Source: Antedon mediterranea (taxonomy: Eukaryota > Animalia > Echinodermata). From it: DNA of 64,000 bases. The DNA is taken from the NCBI RefSeq assembly GCF_964355755.1, contig NC_092671.1:868001-932000 (forward strand), read 5' to 3'. This document shows, in pieces, positions 1-12,276 of this stretch. Each line of letters begins with the position of its first letter. Position 1 is the stretch's first letter. The notes beneath the pieces are model-generated. The model did no database searches. It had not been told where the DNA came from and saw nothing but the letters and a program-made list of their open reading frames with translations. Made by a program: the position numbers and the translations under genes.

Positions 1-196
1 ATTGTGTGGATATCAAACTATGAACACAGTATTAACATAAGCCATTTGCCATGTATCTAGTCCATTGTGTGGATATCAAACTATGAACACAGTATTAACA
101 TAAGCCATTTGTCATGTATCTAGTCCATTGTGTGGATATCAAACTATGAACACAGTATTAACATAAGCCATTTGTCATGTATCTAGTCTATTGTGT
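1..196. repeat. 63-bp tandem repeat (3 copies visible, truncated by window start)
   Basis: ATTGTGTGGATATCAAACTATGAACACAG... restarts at 1, 64 and 127, with a partial copy at 190. Confidence 0.95.
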
Positions 197-1596
197 ATAG
201 TCCAGCTGTACAATGATACAACTGATCACTTTAAGTGCAACCATCACATTCTACAGCATAATTTTTCTATGTATTTTTCTAAATTTGTTAAATGTCGGTT
301 TTATTGTATCGTTCAAGTTGACAGGGGCTGGTCAAGCACATCACAAGATGACAGTTTTATACTTTTGCTTTTCCGCTACTCTCCTGTTATACTTATATGT
401 TTGTTTTTTTGCTATGTAGAAAGATTGAAAATAAATAAATAAATAATAAATTATAATATACAAAATACGTCGAGTGATACTACTATACTACAGTTAGCTA
501 GATTTAAATTTGTTAAAATTCAGCAGCTTTAAAACTGAGTCTCAGCACAGTAAATAATTAAAGTCAGCTTTGTAATTTTATGAGAAAGCAGTATAAAATG
601 CTTTTCATTTTCAATAGGTTTGCGAATGGCCTTGATGGCATCTACTGCATCCTAATGGAGCTATGATCTGCCGTTGAAACACATTTTATAATGCTTAATG
701 ACCGTAGATTACATTCATACATAATATGACTGCAGCTCCATCCAAGTAAGCCAGTCACTAAGCAAGTTCATTGGATTAACACAGCAGCGGCCAATGCATT
801 CACTATGAAATCTTACAAATGCATATACTACTATTGGGTCAGCTAACCTTCAACTGGTTTTAACTAAGTCAAATGAAACACATTTCAACACCATTTGAAA
901 AAGATCAATTTCAAACCACAAAAACATGTTGTTTACTTTGAATAAATTATTATATTGTACAATATCAACAAACACAAAGAAGTCAACCAAAACAAACACA
1001 TATGAGATTTGGATGCATAAATCACAGAACATCCACAAAAAAGTACACTTGAAAGTATCTGTACATAATAAATACATTAAAAAATTAGCTACAGTGTATT
1101 TTTAGTACTGTAATTCTTGTAGGTGTGGGCACCTCCTGTATCTTCAGCTAAAATAGTGTTTGTGGATGTCCTAGTAAAACTCAGTCATTCCTATACAAGT
1201 TTTTTAAATGGCTGTGGCTATATTTAGAGGCACCAGGGTACACACTACTCCCTTCTGACTTTTGTATGATCGTGTTCCTCAGTCCTTAAAATATCATATT
1301 AAGTAATTTTGTTAATGATAATTTGCAGCCATCAGAAAGTTATATTTAACAAAATTGCAATGGCTGGAAAATTGAGAGCCACTATTGGAAGCAGCTTTCT
1401 GTCTTTCGATTTTGGACTAGCATTTGACCTTTTTCAAAATGGGAGCTCAACTCTGTATACTTCCAATGTGTATATTTTCACAAATGTACTCCCGCAACAA
1501 CTCATTTTGCCAAAATTGATACAATTTCAATAAACAGTTATTTTTGCCATAGTATAGAAAATGTATAAATATAGCATGTAAACTTAAATCACCTAC

Positions 1597-4500
1597 CTAT
1601 CATCTTGTATTATCTCTTTTTTATCTCGATACCAGGTGATGATCGGGCGTGGAACAGCGGCCTCTGTCGGGCAAGTCAGTCGAACAGCTTGTCCCGCTTT
1701 ATAATTCAGGTTGATTCGAGCCTTGGATAACTTTGGCATTTCTGTAAGATACGCACCATATGTTTCAATGCTATTATCTGTTTTAGCTGCATGGCTGGAA
1801 ATATAACTTTCAGTAAATAAAATGTTCTTTTAAACTGTAAGTAGGTAAATTTCCTAAATCATTGAAAAACTAAAATATTGTGGGTATGGTGGAAAGAGGT
1901 ATATGGAATGGCTATTCAAGAATAGGTCTATACAAACTGTAAAATTTAAATAAATTGTTATTTATATAAGTTATTAATATTAAAATGATAGATTGTAATA
2001 ACTGACAATAAAGATATATATCATTTTCTCATCCTAATTTGATAATCTACCTTTCAACAATATTTTTATAGAAAATTGGATGATCAGTACATGGCATTTT
2101 GTTTTTGATAAACTCAACGCACACACTTAACACATTTTGATTGGCTTAGCTTCTCAGCTTGACCCAACCTGGTTCCATATTTCTTTCCAAAAGAAGAAGT
2201 AAAGGCTGTGTATGTACATCTGATTTATAGTACAATTAATTAATCTGATCACAAATTCCACACCAACTTTAACTACATTCTATATATTTATAGTAAATAA
2301 TAAATGTTGCATTTTAAAGCAGTATACACTTTTAACATTTTCATTTAAAAATGCAAAATACATACAAAGTACAGTTAGTATATGCAATCATAGAGAGAAA
2401 CACTATAACATCTCTATGATACAATGTAAATACTCAGTCTTTTGTATACAGAATTCATTTTGAGATAATAATTTTGAAACGTATTATTCTCAAAAAAACA
2501 ATGATCTATATTGTACAATCAAATATCAGTAACAGCTTCTATTAATATTGTCAAATAATTTAGAAAAAGTTTAAATTTCAAACATTTTTGTTACAATAAT
2601 TGCAGAAACAAGCATTGAGATTATCTTCAAGCTTTCCAACAGTTTATGTTGAAACATGGTCATGGAATGATCTAAATGCCAAATATGTAATTATCAGATT
2701 AAAAGGAAGATTCAGAAGGTTTTCCCTGACATAGTATAAAGCTCTGTCTACAATATCAAACTTTATGTGACAAAAACATGTGATGTGCCCATATATGGAC
2801 ATGATGATGTCATATTGCTACCATATTTAAGCATATCACTACTATATTTGGGCACATCACACTTTTTTTGTCAAACTGGTTTGATAGTGTAGATAGAGCT
2901 TTATAGTGGGTGTCAAATAAAAAACATGAAACAATTGCATATTAATTTATACAACATTGTAATTGTTCAATTAATTCTTCAAACTAAGATCTCTAGTAAA
3001 AAAAAAGATTCACATACAAATCATATTCTTAAGCTCCGTCAGTGTACACTATCAAACTAGTTTGACAAACAAAGTGTGATGTGCCCAAATATGGTGGTGA
3101 TATGCCTAAATATGGTAGTGATATGACATCATCATGCCCATATATGGGCACATCACATAAAGTTTGATAGTGTAGACAGAGCTTTAAGCATGGTTCTAAT
3201 AGGATGCATGCAATGGCATATCTATGTAAAGTACTACCGTACTACTAAACTAAATGTTTCAAAATTCATCACAAACCATAAGAATTTGTGGTAACCAGGT
3301 CGTGCGATGTGTATGTACAGTAGCATTTATACCAACCAGATTTGGAGGCAGGAGAAATAAGAGCATTTTCATACAATGCGTTGGTTTCATTGAGTGTGTT
3401 TAAGTGGCAGCCACAATGATGCCATACAAAGCACAATTAATTGAAAGAATGTTTACTGATGAAAGTGACCAAGACTAAAGGACCCCTTCCCTGCAATTTT
3501 GGACGTTTTTTGGAAAATAATACATATATATCACTTTAAAAACATTAAACCATGTCATTTCTTGTCTTAAATGTACGTTTTATGGTAAATTATGATAAAA
3601 AGACACTAGCTTGAAATTGATTTCTTTTCGCAGTAATTTTAATTTAATTCCTTTAAATAGCAACAATTTATTCATAAAATGCTTCACTTACAAGCTGCAA
3701 ACACATAAATTATATAACATGAAATCTTTTCTAGGTAATGCTGGTTTCTTGGGAATATCTATCAAAGTTGACATCTGATAGGATAAAGGTTAAAGGTTAA
3801 ACAGGAGTGAGGGAGTGCATGATAGTTTGCCAAATTTCAGTAAGCAGTTTGGTGGATGACTGATGAAAATGTCTGACCAAACTGAACTCTACCTAACACA
3901 CTTCCAAATATGGACATATTGATTTGCATAAACATCCACTAGAAGAATATGAATAAAGTTGAATATAATTTTCAATAATATATTTGATTTAGAATAAAAT
4001 TATTAAAAATCTTACTGGCTATGCTGAATGTTACGTCTTGGCTACACACTTGAGAGCTTGAGTTTAAGATCCTTAAACAGCACTGATACAGACCAGAATC
4101 AGAGAATGCTGCTTTTTGGCGTGCCATAGCAAAGTACAAAGTTCCATTGGGAAACGTTTCAATGTTACTATCTTCATTATCCAACTGTTTTCGATTTTTT
4201 AACCAAATGATATTGCCAGTTAACGCATCCTGGCCTGAGACTTTACAGTTTATATACGCTGAATGTTTTCGCAGGGCAACTACATCTTGAACATCAAACT
4301 GTATATCCAGTTGACTGCTGACGCCTATAACAACAACAAAATACATTATTATATTTGGGCTTCTGTAACTAACAACCGTTTTGTATTTATTCGTACAAAG
4401 TCATTATCAAACACTATTATTTTTATATTTCTAAAACTCTATCCTCTTAAAAAAGCCAATTTACAGAAAAAACAAATGTTGATCATAGATTCCAATAATG

Positions 4501-7500
4501 ATTGATTGTGTTTTGTATTTGTTGTTCATTCATCAAATACAAGAGGATACCCTATAAGCTCTACAGCTTGTTTCCCCGACATAAAAAAAAAACATACATC
4601 AAAAATCTTAACAAGCAAAATCAGAAGTTGCATTTCAGAAGATGTTTTAAGTTTATATTTGAATGTATTATGATTTCCAATGTTCTTTAAATTCATAGTT
4701 GTTTCATAATTTTGTTTGTTTTTTTAAAGCACTTTTATTTTTTTATAAATCAATGTATCTAATGTTTTAAACATTTTTACTCACATGTGTCAAATTACGC
4801 CATAATATAATGTGAAAAATAACCTTGTATTTTTCTGTACAAAAACAAGTTTCTTATATTTTGTGCATTTTGATGACCTAGGCTTTGAGGATTAATGCAT
4901 TTTAAATCAAAGAGTAAAATGTTCAAAAACATAATCATCGAACCAAGAGTTGGCGGCATATGTCATTGCTGGAAGACTAAATCTCCCAGAGCCTCAAAAC
5001 ACACATTATGCATAGTTACAGCAAATTTTGACTTGCCATGGTCATGTCACGTAATCCCAAAGGAACCAGGATCTAATGAATACCAGCTTGCAATGCAGGT
5101 ATACTGGAATTCCTGTCAAGAGATCCATCGCAGTTTGTAAACAACTGCACAAGATATTATTAACTTATTATATGAATATATTATATACTCTGGCTCCACC
5201 TGTACAGCACTTCATCTCTAGGGCTCACAAAATAGGCATTCATAATGTCAGACGGCAATCATCATCCTTTTTGTCAACACAATCATTGAATGAGAACATA
5301 CAACTTGAGCCAACTGAGTGGGCCTTTTCAGGGAAATTTAAGTGTATTGTTGAGTGGGATGTAATAGGTTTATTATTATTGATAAATTGAATTAAATTGA
5401 ATGTTACAGTAATTTGTGAAATTTAATACATGGTGAAAACTTGGAAAGTTGTATTATTTAGCAACCATAATATGCATGATATATAACACAAATTATCTCT
5501 TTGCATTAAAAGAAAAGATAAAATGCTCCTGAAAAGTTTGAATAGCAAAACACAAGTTTGAATAGCACAAGAAAGGTTTGAATAGCACAGTGTTAGCTAG
5601 CTAGTGATCGTACGTTACCGATGTTTACCAGCTAGGCCTACAAAACTAAGCCTAGCTAGGCTAAGGCCTAAAGACCGTCCACGAGAGGTCATTTGCTGCG
5701 AGCTACTTAGGTAGTGTATTGTTTCTCACTTTTTATCATAATTTACCATAAAACGTACATTTAAGACAAGGAATGACCTGGTTTAATGTTTTTAAAGTAA
5801 TATATATGTATTATTTTTACAAAACGTCAAAATTGTAGGGAAAATATAGTCTATTAGCCTATAATATTACCCTAGATAAACCTCTAGTCTAAAAGGAGGT
5901 GAGGTTTAGCCATAATTAACTAAGTGTGTGCCAGCAGCGATTCCATTGCCACACACCACACTTTGCACATCCACCAGAAAATGAGTCCTTCCAACTTATG
6001 AAATACCTTGATAAATAACATGCCCTTATTTTCATATATATGTTAATATTGTGGTATGATAAACTTATACCATTAGGTCATACATAAATATGCAAAAGCA
6101 ATGTACTGTACTGTTTTATATATAATGTTATTCCTGCTTAATTAAGCTTTAGGGAATATAGTAATAAAATAAACATAATAAAACAAAATAATATTTTCCT
6201 CTCATAACAAAGCTTTCTCTTTAAAAAAAAATACTTTGCAAAGATACGATGTACAATAAAAAATGTATTTATCCCAAAAAATAATAATTTATGTGATAGA
6301 AATTTAAAATGTCTTTTGAATAAAAATTAGGTTTAAATACAAAACTGAAATTTGGTAAAAAAATGAATGGATAGATATGCAAATTCAATATCAAAATTAA
6401 AACATTTACATACTATGAGGGACCATTTCAAAATTATCTATACTGTACTGCAGTTACTGCAGTAACTATATTTGTTTATCTTTTAAACCTGTTTATGGAA
6501 TTATTTAATACGCTTGTTATCAGTGTCTCTTAGACCCCATTTACACTTACGATTTAGGCCGGCTCTGGGTCGGCAATTGATAATGTGTAAATACTCCAAA
6601 AATTTAGGCCGGCCCTGGGCCGGACGCAGATCTGGGCAACCTCTCCAGGTAGGTTCAGGAGCGGCTTTTACGTTTTGGGCCGGCTTACGCAGTGAACCGT
6701 GAACAACGTTTGACCTTTTTTGTAAAAAGAACCTCCTCTTCATTATCCTCATCTGTGACTTCTTTCAATAAAGTATTCCTCCGCTTGTTTTGCATATACA
6801 TAAAATACAGCCATATTATAATAAAACAGTGGGGTTCATTTTGTTTTAACGGGACAAAAAACAACAATACAGTATAAATATAAAACGGTCGGTTCGCGCG
6901 GAAAGTTGAATTGACGATCGAGAGAGAAAAATGTAAACAAACTGTACTTTGTATCCCAGCATGCAATGGTACTTCCGATAAAATTATTTACGACCAGTAA
7001 TCTGCGTCGCTAGTGTAAACGCTCTGAGCTGGCCTAAAAGGTAAATATTTGCAACCGGCCCAGGACCCAAACGTAAGTGTAAATGGGGTCTTAGTGTAAA
7101 CTTCTACATTGAAATAATATTATATATAAAATATAATACAAATATTTAGTTACTGCAGTTACTGCAGTAGAATAATGATGACATCATCCATAAATATAAT
7201 CCAATGAAGGAGTCTTTCACTTGTGTGACCTTAATCATGGATCAACTGTGAATTGTCCCAATATGGTCATTAACACAACTCATTTTTATATAATATATTA
7301 TGTTCTTTGTTGAGAATACACATATGCTAAGGTCAAGTTTGAATACTATTACATAAGCAGCTGTCACTTAAGAATTCATTTTGAAGGCCTAGCTACGATA
7401 ATTATCATCTTCAACAATTTCCTCTTACACAAAACATTGTTAATCCGATTCTCTTAATATTAAAATTATCTCCTTTGATTTGAATAAAATTACTTTACTA

Positions 7501-10081
7501 CTTTGGTGAAACATCTATTCTTATTTTATATATTACAATATAAAATTTGGTATTATTATTATAATAAATTACAAACAAACATTTATTTTTTACAATTATT
7601 TTCTAATGACTAACCAGGAATACAGTTAAATTATATTAATATTTGTGTTTTAAAAGATATTATAATATACCTAAATACATCTTTTTTTTTAACTCCTCTG
7701 TAAAAATATTTTTTTTATTGGTCCCTGTATATAAGTAACTGTAAATTGTAGTAGTAATATTATAATAATAACTGTAGTATTATATAATTGATTGTAGCCT
7801 TCAGTTTGTTGTGAAGTATGTAAGTATATTCTTAAGTATATAAGTGTATTCTTTGTCCATCATTCCGTTACCTCATTTTTTAGAGCAGCTGCGATACCAT
7901 CTTACAATCACTTGCCTTTATCCTTGTATTCATTATTTAAAACATTCTACACAATTTTATTGTCAACGTACAATTTGATGAATGAAATTGTAATTGCTGT
8001 AATGTATAATATAATAACTGTCTGTAGTATACTGCAGTATACTGTATTAAATACATTCATTGTAAAGCCAAGGCAAACTAACAAAATATTTCCTATCTTT
8101 ATATTTTAACATTATTTAAATAAAAAATGTAAATGATTTTTATTTTGTCAAGATTTACCTTTGAACACACAAAAACATGAGAATGATGGTTAAATATCAT
8201 CATTTTTAGTATTTAAAAAAATAAATAACACTTATAAAATCAAATCAAAATCAGGGATGAATTAAACCACATTTTAAAGTTAGTTAACACAAGTTAAATT
8301 TTATTGATATTTTCCTATTCTTTTATAATAAAATATTAGTAGCCTTTTGATTATAATGTGGGTTGAAGTAAGAAGACTTTATTTAAACATAACATTTAAT
8401 GTTTTCCTTATGTTTTTGTGATCAGTTTTTCGAGGAAATTAATTCAACTGTTTGATTTCATACATTTTCCATTTTTACATTACATGAAATAAAACAATAT
8501 TAATATAGAAATGAATACTCTTCACCTCCACCCAAAGCGTTCCAACTCAAATGACTGTCAACACAATTATGGGAAGAGAGAGAGTAAATTGAAATATATG
8601 AAAATAGGCCAAAACGTCTCAGTGGTCGGAAATGTTCTGGTGGCTTGAAAGGTTTCTTTTAATGTTATTGTGGTTCCAGGACGATTCGGCCCTGAGACGA
8701 TTCGGTCCGGGACTATTTGGCCCACTTTTGGGCCGCAACATCCCACTTTTTGGGCCGAAGTGTCTCACTTTAGACCAAATTCATATTAATTTTTTTTTGG
8801 TACCGTATTTATCAAGTTTTTAAAGGTGTTTAACTATCCGTATTATTGATATTGACAATGTTGATATAAAAAAACGTAATTTGATATTCAATTTATTACT
8901 TCGTAAACCTTGTTTATTCCGTGCATTTGCCAAGCGGCCAACAGAGGGCGTAACTTGTTTACATCGTTTGCATGACTAAAAAATTATCATTTTCGACAAT
9001 GTTTTCAAAATGTTTGCTTTATTGCATCTTTATCCCTAGTAGTACTACCCTATCGTCTCTCTGAAAATAAAGTTTGGGGAAAAAAGCTTATTCTATGCTT
9101 ATAAAATGCATATCAAAGCCGATAAACTTTAAGTGTGCCAAATCGTCTCAGGGCCGAAAAGTCCCGGGCCGAATCGTTCCAGGGCCAAATCGTCCCGAGC
9201 CAAATTGTCCTGCGCCGAATCGTCCCGGGCCGAATCGTCTCAGGCCAAATTGTCCCGTTACCTTTATTGTTGGTCAAATAAATATATGAAATTTCATTTC
9301 ATTACATTTCTCTTTATTTATGACTTCATATCCATAGAATTATAACATTACATATAATAAATAAACAAAAGTAAACAAGATATTAGTAGTTACCATCATG
9401 GGAGAAATTAAGAATGACATTTGTGTACAAAAACAATCAATTTACAATTAGTATTTTTAAAATTCAGAAAATAGACATCAAATGCAAAAATCATAGCGAT
9501 ATTATAATTAAATTTATTTTCAACTCAATTCTGGTTTAATATAAAATATTATCAGTATTATTATCTCTATGATAAAATAAATTATGAAATCCAACATTGT
9601 AACATGCCTTTTTTGCTTAATCTATTAAAAAAAATTTAAATATACATCAAAAGTATCTGCTGTGGTATCCTTGTAGGTAAGTTTCACAACCCACCGCTGG
9701 TGTCTTTTAGGAAGGGTAAATCCTAGGCCCAACATGTAGCAGCTAAGCACACACTTATCACAGTTAGCTCCACCACCGCTCAAGCACCAAAATGGTTCGA
9801 GTATTGTTTATTCGCACGCCTGTATGTAATCCGCATCCGTGGCCCATCAACTAAGCAATGGTGCTAACCATTAAAGCATGATACTTCACCAACAGCGATA
9901 TGCTAACCGCAACAATTCTGTTCCCTCCCTGACATCCCTAGAGCACATTAGCCAGGCATCCCTAGCACATTAGCCAGCACATAATTATATGAAAATCATA
10001 GAAATTCCTCGACTTCTTACCTGTTAAAGACAGTACCAACACGCTGCATAAATAAACTATTACATCGGTCAATATAGCCAT
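1597..10081 (-). CDS. Ig-superfamily cell-surface receptor, DCC/neogenin/protogenin-like; first three coding exons (10021-10081, 4016-4324, 1597-1741), continuing beyond window start
   Basis: Exon 1 is a signal peptide MAILTDVIVYLCSVLVLSLT-G|gtaag. Exon 2 (tatag|GC..GCC A|gtaag) is an I-set Ig domain (INCKVSG..IIWLKN..FPNGTLYF..SDSGLYQC). Exon 3 (tacag|AA ATG..GAT AG|gtagg) reads KMPKLSKARINLNYKAGQAVRLTCPTEAAVPRPIITWYRDKKEIIQDD, half of a second Ig domain. All splice phases match. Subfamily assignment is inference. Confidence 0.8.
2738..2902 (-). mobile_element. MITE family A, copy 1 (~165 bp)
   Basis: Terminal inverted repeats AAAGCTCTGTCTACA(C)TATCAAACT...GTTTGATAGTGTAGATAGAGCTTT; internal GTGTGATGTGCCC/GGGCACATCACAC. 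Six related copies in the window. Confidence 0.85.
3031..3185 (+). mobile_element. MITE family A, copy 2
   Basis: Same TIR and internal sequence as 2738-2902, opposite orientation. Confidence 0.85.
3487..5842. repeat. ~120-bp inverted repeat pair (3487-3602 and 5719-5842) bracketing Ig exon 2
   Basis: ...AAACATTAAACCATGTCATTTCTTGTCTTAAATGTACGTTTTATGGTAAATTATGATAAAAAG is near-identical to the reverse complement of 5719-5795. Confidence 0.85.
6433..7176. mobile_element. MITE family B copy (ACTGCAGTTACTGCAGTA termini), interrupted by a Harbinger-like element
   Basis: Ends and internal TTCTACATTGAAA match the uninterrupted copy at 25849-26017. Confidence 0.65.
6533..7090. mobile_element. Non-autonomous PIF/Harbinger-like DNA transposon
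   Basis: TIR GACCCCATTTACACTTACG / CGTAAGTGTAAATGGGGTC; TTA target-site duplication at 6530-6532 and 7091-7093. Confidence 0.85.
8672..9262. mobile_element. Non-autonomous DNA transposon with GG termini and ~20-bp subterminal repeats (Merlin-like by inference)
   Basis: GGACGATTCGGCCC repeats on the left mirrored by GGGCCGAATCGTCC repeats on the right; 8-bp flanks GTTATTGT / TTTATTGT (7/8 match). Confidence 0.7.
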
Positions 10082-11407
10082 TTTTTTTCGTAAATATGCA
10101 CCAAAATCATCTTGTGAGTACAGTATGCAACAATAAAAACGCTTTTCAAATTCTTGCGCAAAAACAGGCTTGCAGTAACGTTGAATCAAACACTATGTGT
10201 TGACCATGACCAGATTAAGGTCATCCTTTCGTTTTACGGAGCTACTTTTCTGTTGTTTGGCCAGCGGATTGGAAGAGAGACGATGACCCGATGTCGGTGT
10301 CGTCCCAGGGCACGGCTATATTCTACATACAATCATTACTCCCCCTGTTATTTTATAGATGTTTCTATAATATTGATAATATTCCAACCGGGTCCTTTAA
10401 TTAAATCCGTTTTAGTAGCTCTGAAGGAAAACCTCAATTGACGATAAATGGACGTTGTGTTGTTTTTTTTACATTTTACAATGTTGTGAATGTACTGTGC
10501 ATTCGACATTGTACGTGTGTTGTTGAACTTTTGTTACCTTTACAATCAAGATCGCTCATGCATTTCAGTTTCTATAATTTATAGTAATCGAAAGAGCGAA
10601 AACAAATAAGCGACGAATGCAGTTTTTTATTGCACTGTGCTTTGGGATAATATTTATATACATAACATAACTTAGTAGATCATGAATAACCAGAGAATGA
10701 TGTGACAAGGTAGTGGTGGTAACCACACTACCACATACATCACTATCATTTACGTCATGCAACGTCATTGTCTAATCCAATCATCACAATTAGATGTACA
10801 CTACAGTCAGACTGAAAAATATCAGAATTTTAAAAACAAATTCTACCATGGCGCTAAAAGGTAAAAAAATGTCATGGATCTCAATTCTCAACCAGGTACC
10901 ATATCCCGGTACATACAACTATAGGTGGCGCTGTATAGATTATGAATGGACAATCAAATACCGACCAATCAATGGAGGTATGTTCAGAGCGTCATTCTGA
11001 CGACTGGAGCATTCTCTACTTCTCTACGGAGCGCCATTTATGCCTTTTTAAATATCAATAACAGAAATAGTACTACTACGGTAACTGCTCAAGTGAACCC
11101 AAATTAGCACCAGGGTAGCACAGGGATATAAAATAGAAATAAGTCACTACTTTTAATATCGTTTCGTATGTTAAGTACAGTGTGTTCAAGTGGACACAAT
11201 TTGGCCTCAGTGGAGCACGGTGATATAAAATATAAATAAATTCACCTAATTTTAATATCTTTTTGATATGTTGATTACCAGGGAATTTAACAGTGTGGCG
11301 CGTTGACCGCGAATGACTAACATACCATCTTCCCAATAATACATATGAACAAACTCATTTGCATAACAACGCACGGCATACCAAACTGTTTAAAATAGAG
11401 CTGAAAG

Positions 11408-12091
11408 GGGGTGTCACGAAACCTAAGACCACGAAAGCTAAGACCCCCTAAGACCTAAGATCACGAAAGCTAAGACCCAAGACCTAAGATTACAAATTCT
11501 AAGATATACTACAGCTTAAAAACAATACTTGTTTATCCATACATAATTTTAAACACGGTAGGTGTCATTTATTACCATAAATATAATTTAATACCACCGC
11601 AAAACATAGATAAACTCACATTATTTTCGCCCGTTGAGTAAATGTATATTTTTTCTTTACAACAAACAAACTTGACGGGGTGTTTGTTTGTATATATTTA
11701 CTCCATTGTGTTGGTTCAGAGGATGTTTTTCTTACGCACCTGCCTTTCTTGTATTTTGACTCCAAATTTGTTGACTAACTTTATCCTGAACACCACACTT
11801 TAAAATTAGGACTTATAAGTACTTTCAGAAGGAGAAACACTATGGAGCGCCAAAAGAGCAACAATAATAGTACAAGTATAAAAACAGAAAGAAAACGAAA
11901 CAAAAAAACTTATCATGATTTTTAAATTAAAATTTATTTGCCAGTATTTATTTCTTCGTACTTGCATGATTATACTATTATCATTTGCGGGGACCTCTCA
12001 GCTGGGTGTCACGAAACCTAAGACCACGAAAGCTAAGACCCCCTAAGACCTAAGATCACGAAAGCTAAGACCCAAGACCTAAGATTACAAA
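11408..12091 (+). repeat. Direct duplication of an ~87-bp CTAAGAC-rich element end (11408-11497, 12004-12091)
   Basis: GGGTGTCACGAAACCTAAGACCACGAAAGCTAAGACCCCCTAAGACC... appears twice near-identically. Confidence 0.85.
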
Positions 12092-12276
12092 TATTTATCT
12101 TTCGCACCTGCCTTGTATTTTAACTCCCAACATTTATTCTGAATACCACACCTTAGAATTGGCACTTTCATGAAAAAGAATCACATAAAAAGTAACAAAT
12201 ACATTTTTAAATTGATGATTTTACAGACGTTTTTCTCGCACACAAAATGACTAGCCTACAGTACAGTAGGCCTACC

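Noticed and set aside
690-805. Possible fourth Ig exon
   Set aside because: The in-phase translation lacks the expected DxGxYxC motif, so the next exon is probably outside the window.
6501-6966. Overlapping short ORFs as a transposase or gene
   Set aside because: They lie inside a 558-bp TIR element and show no DDE or Myb motifs that I can recognise.
9074-9345. Pro/Arg-repeat ORFs
   Set aside because: Translation of 20-bp subterminal transposon repeats.
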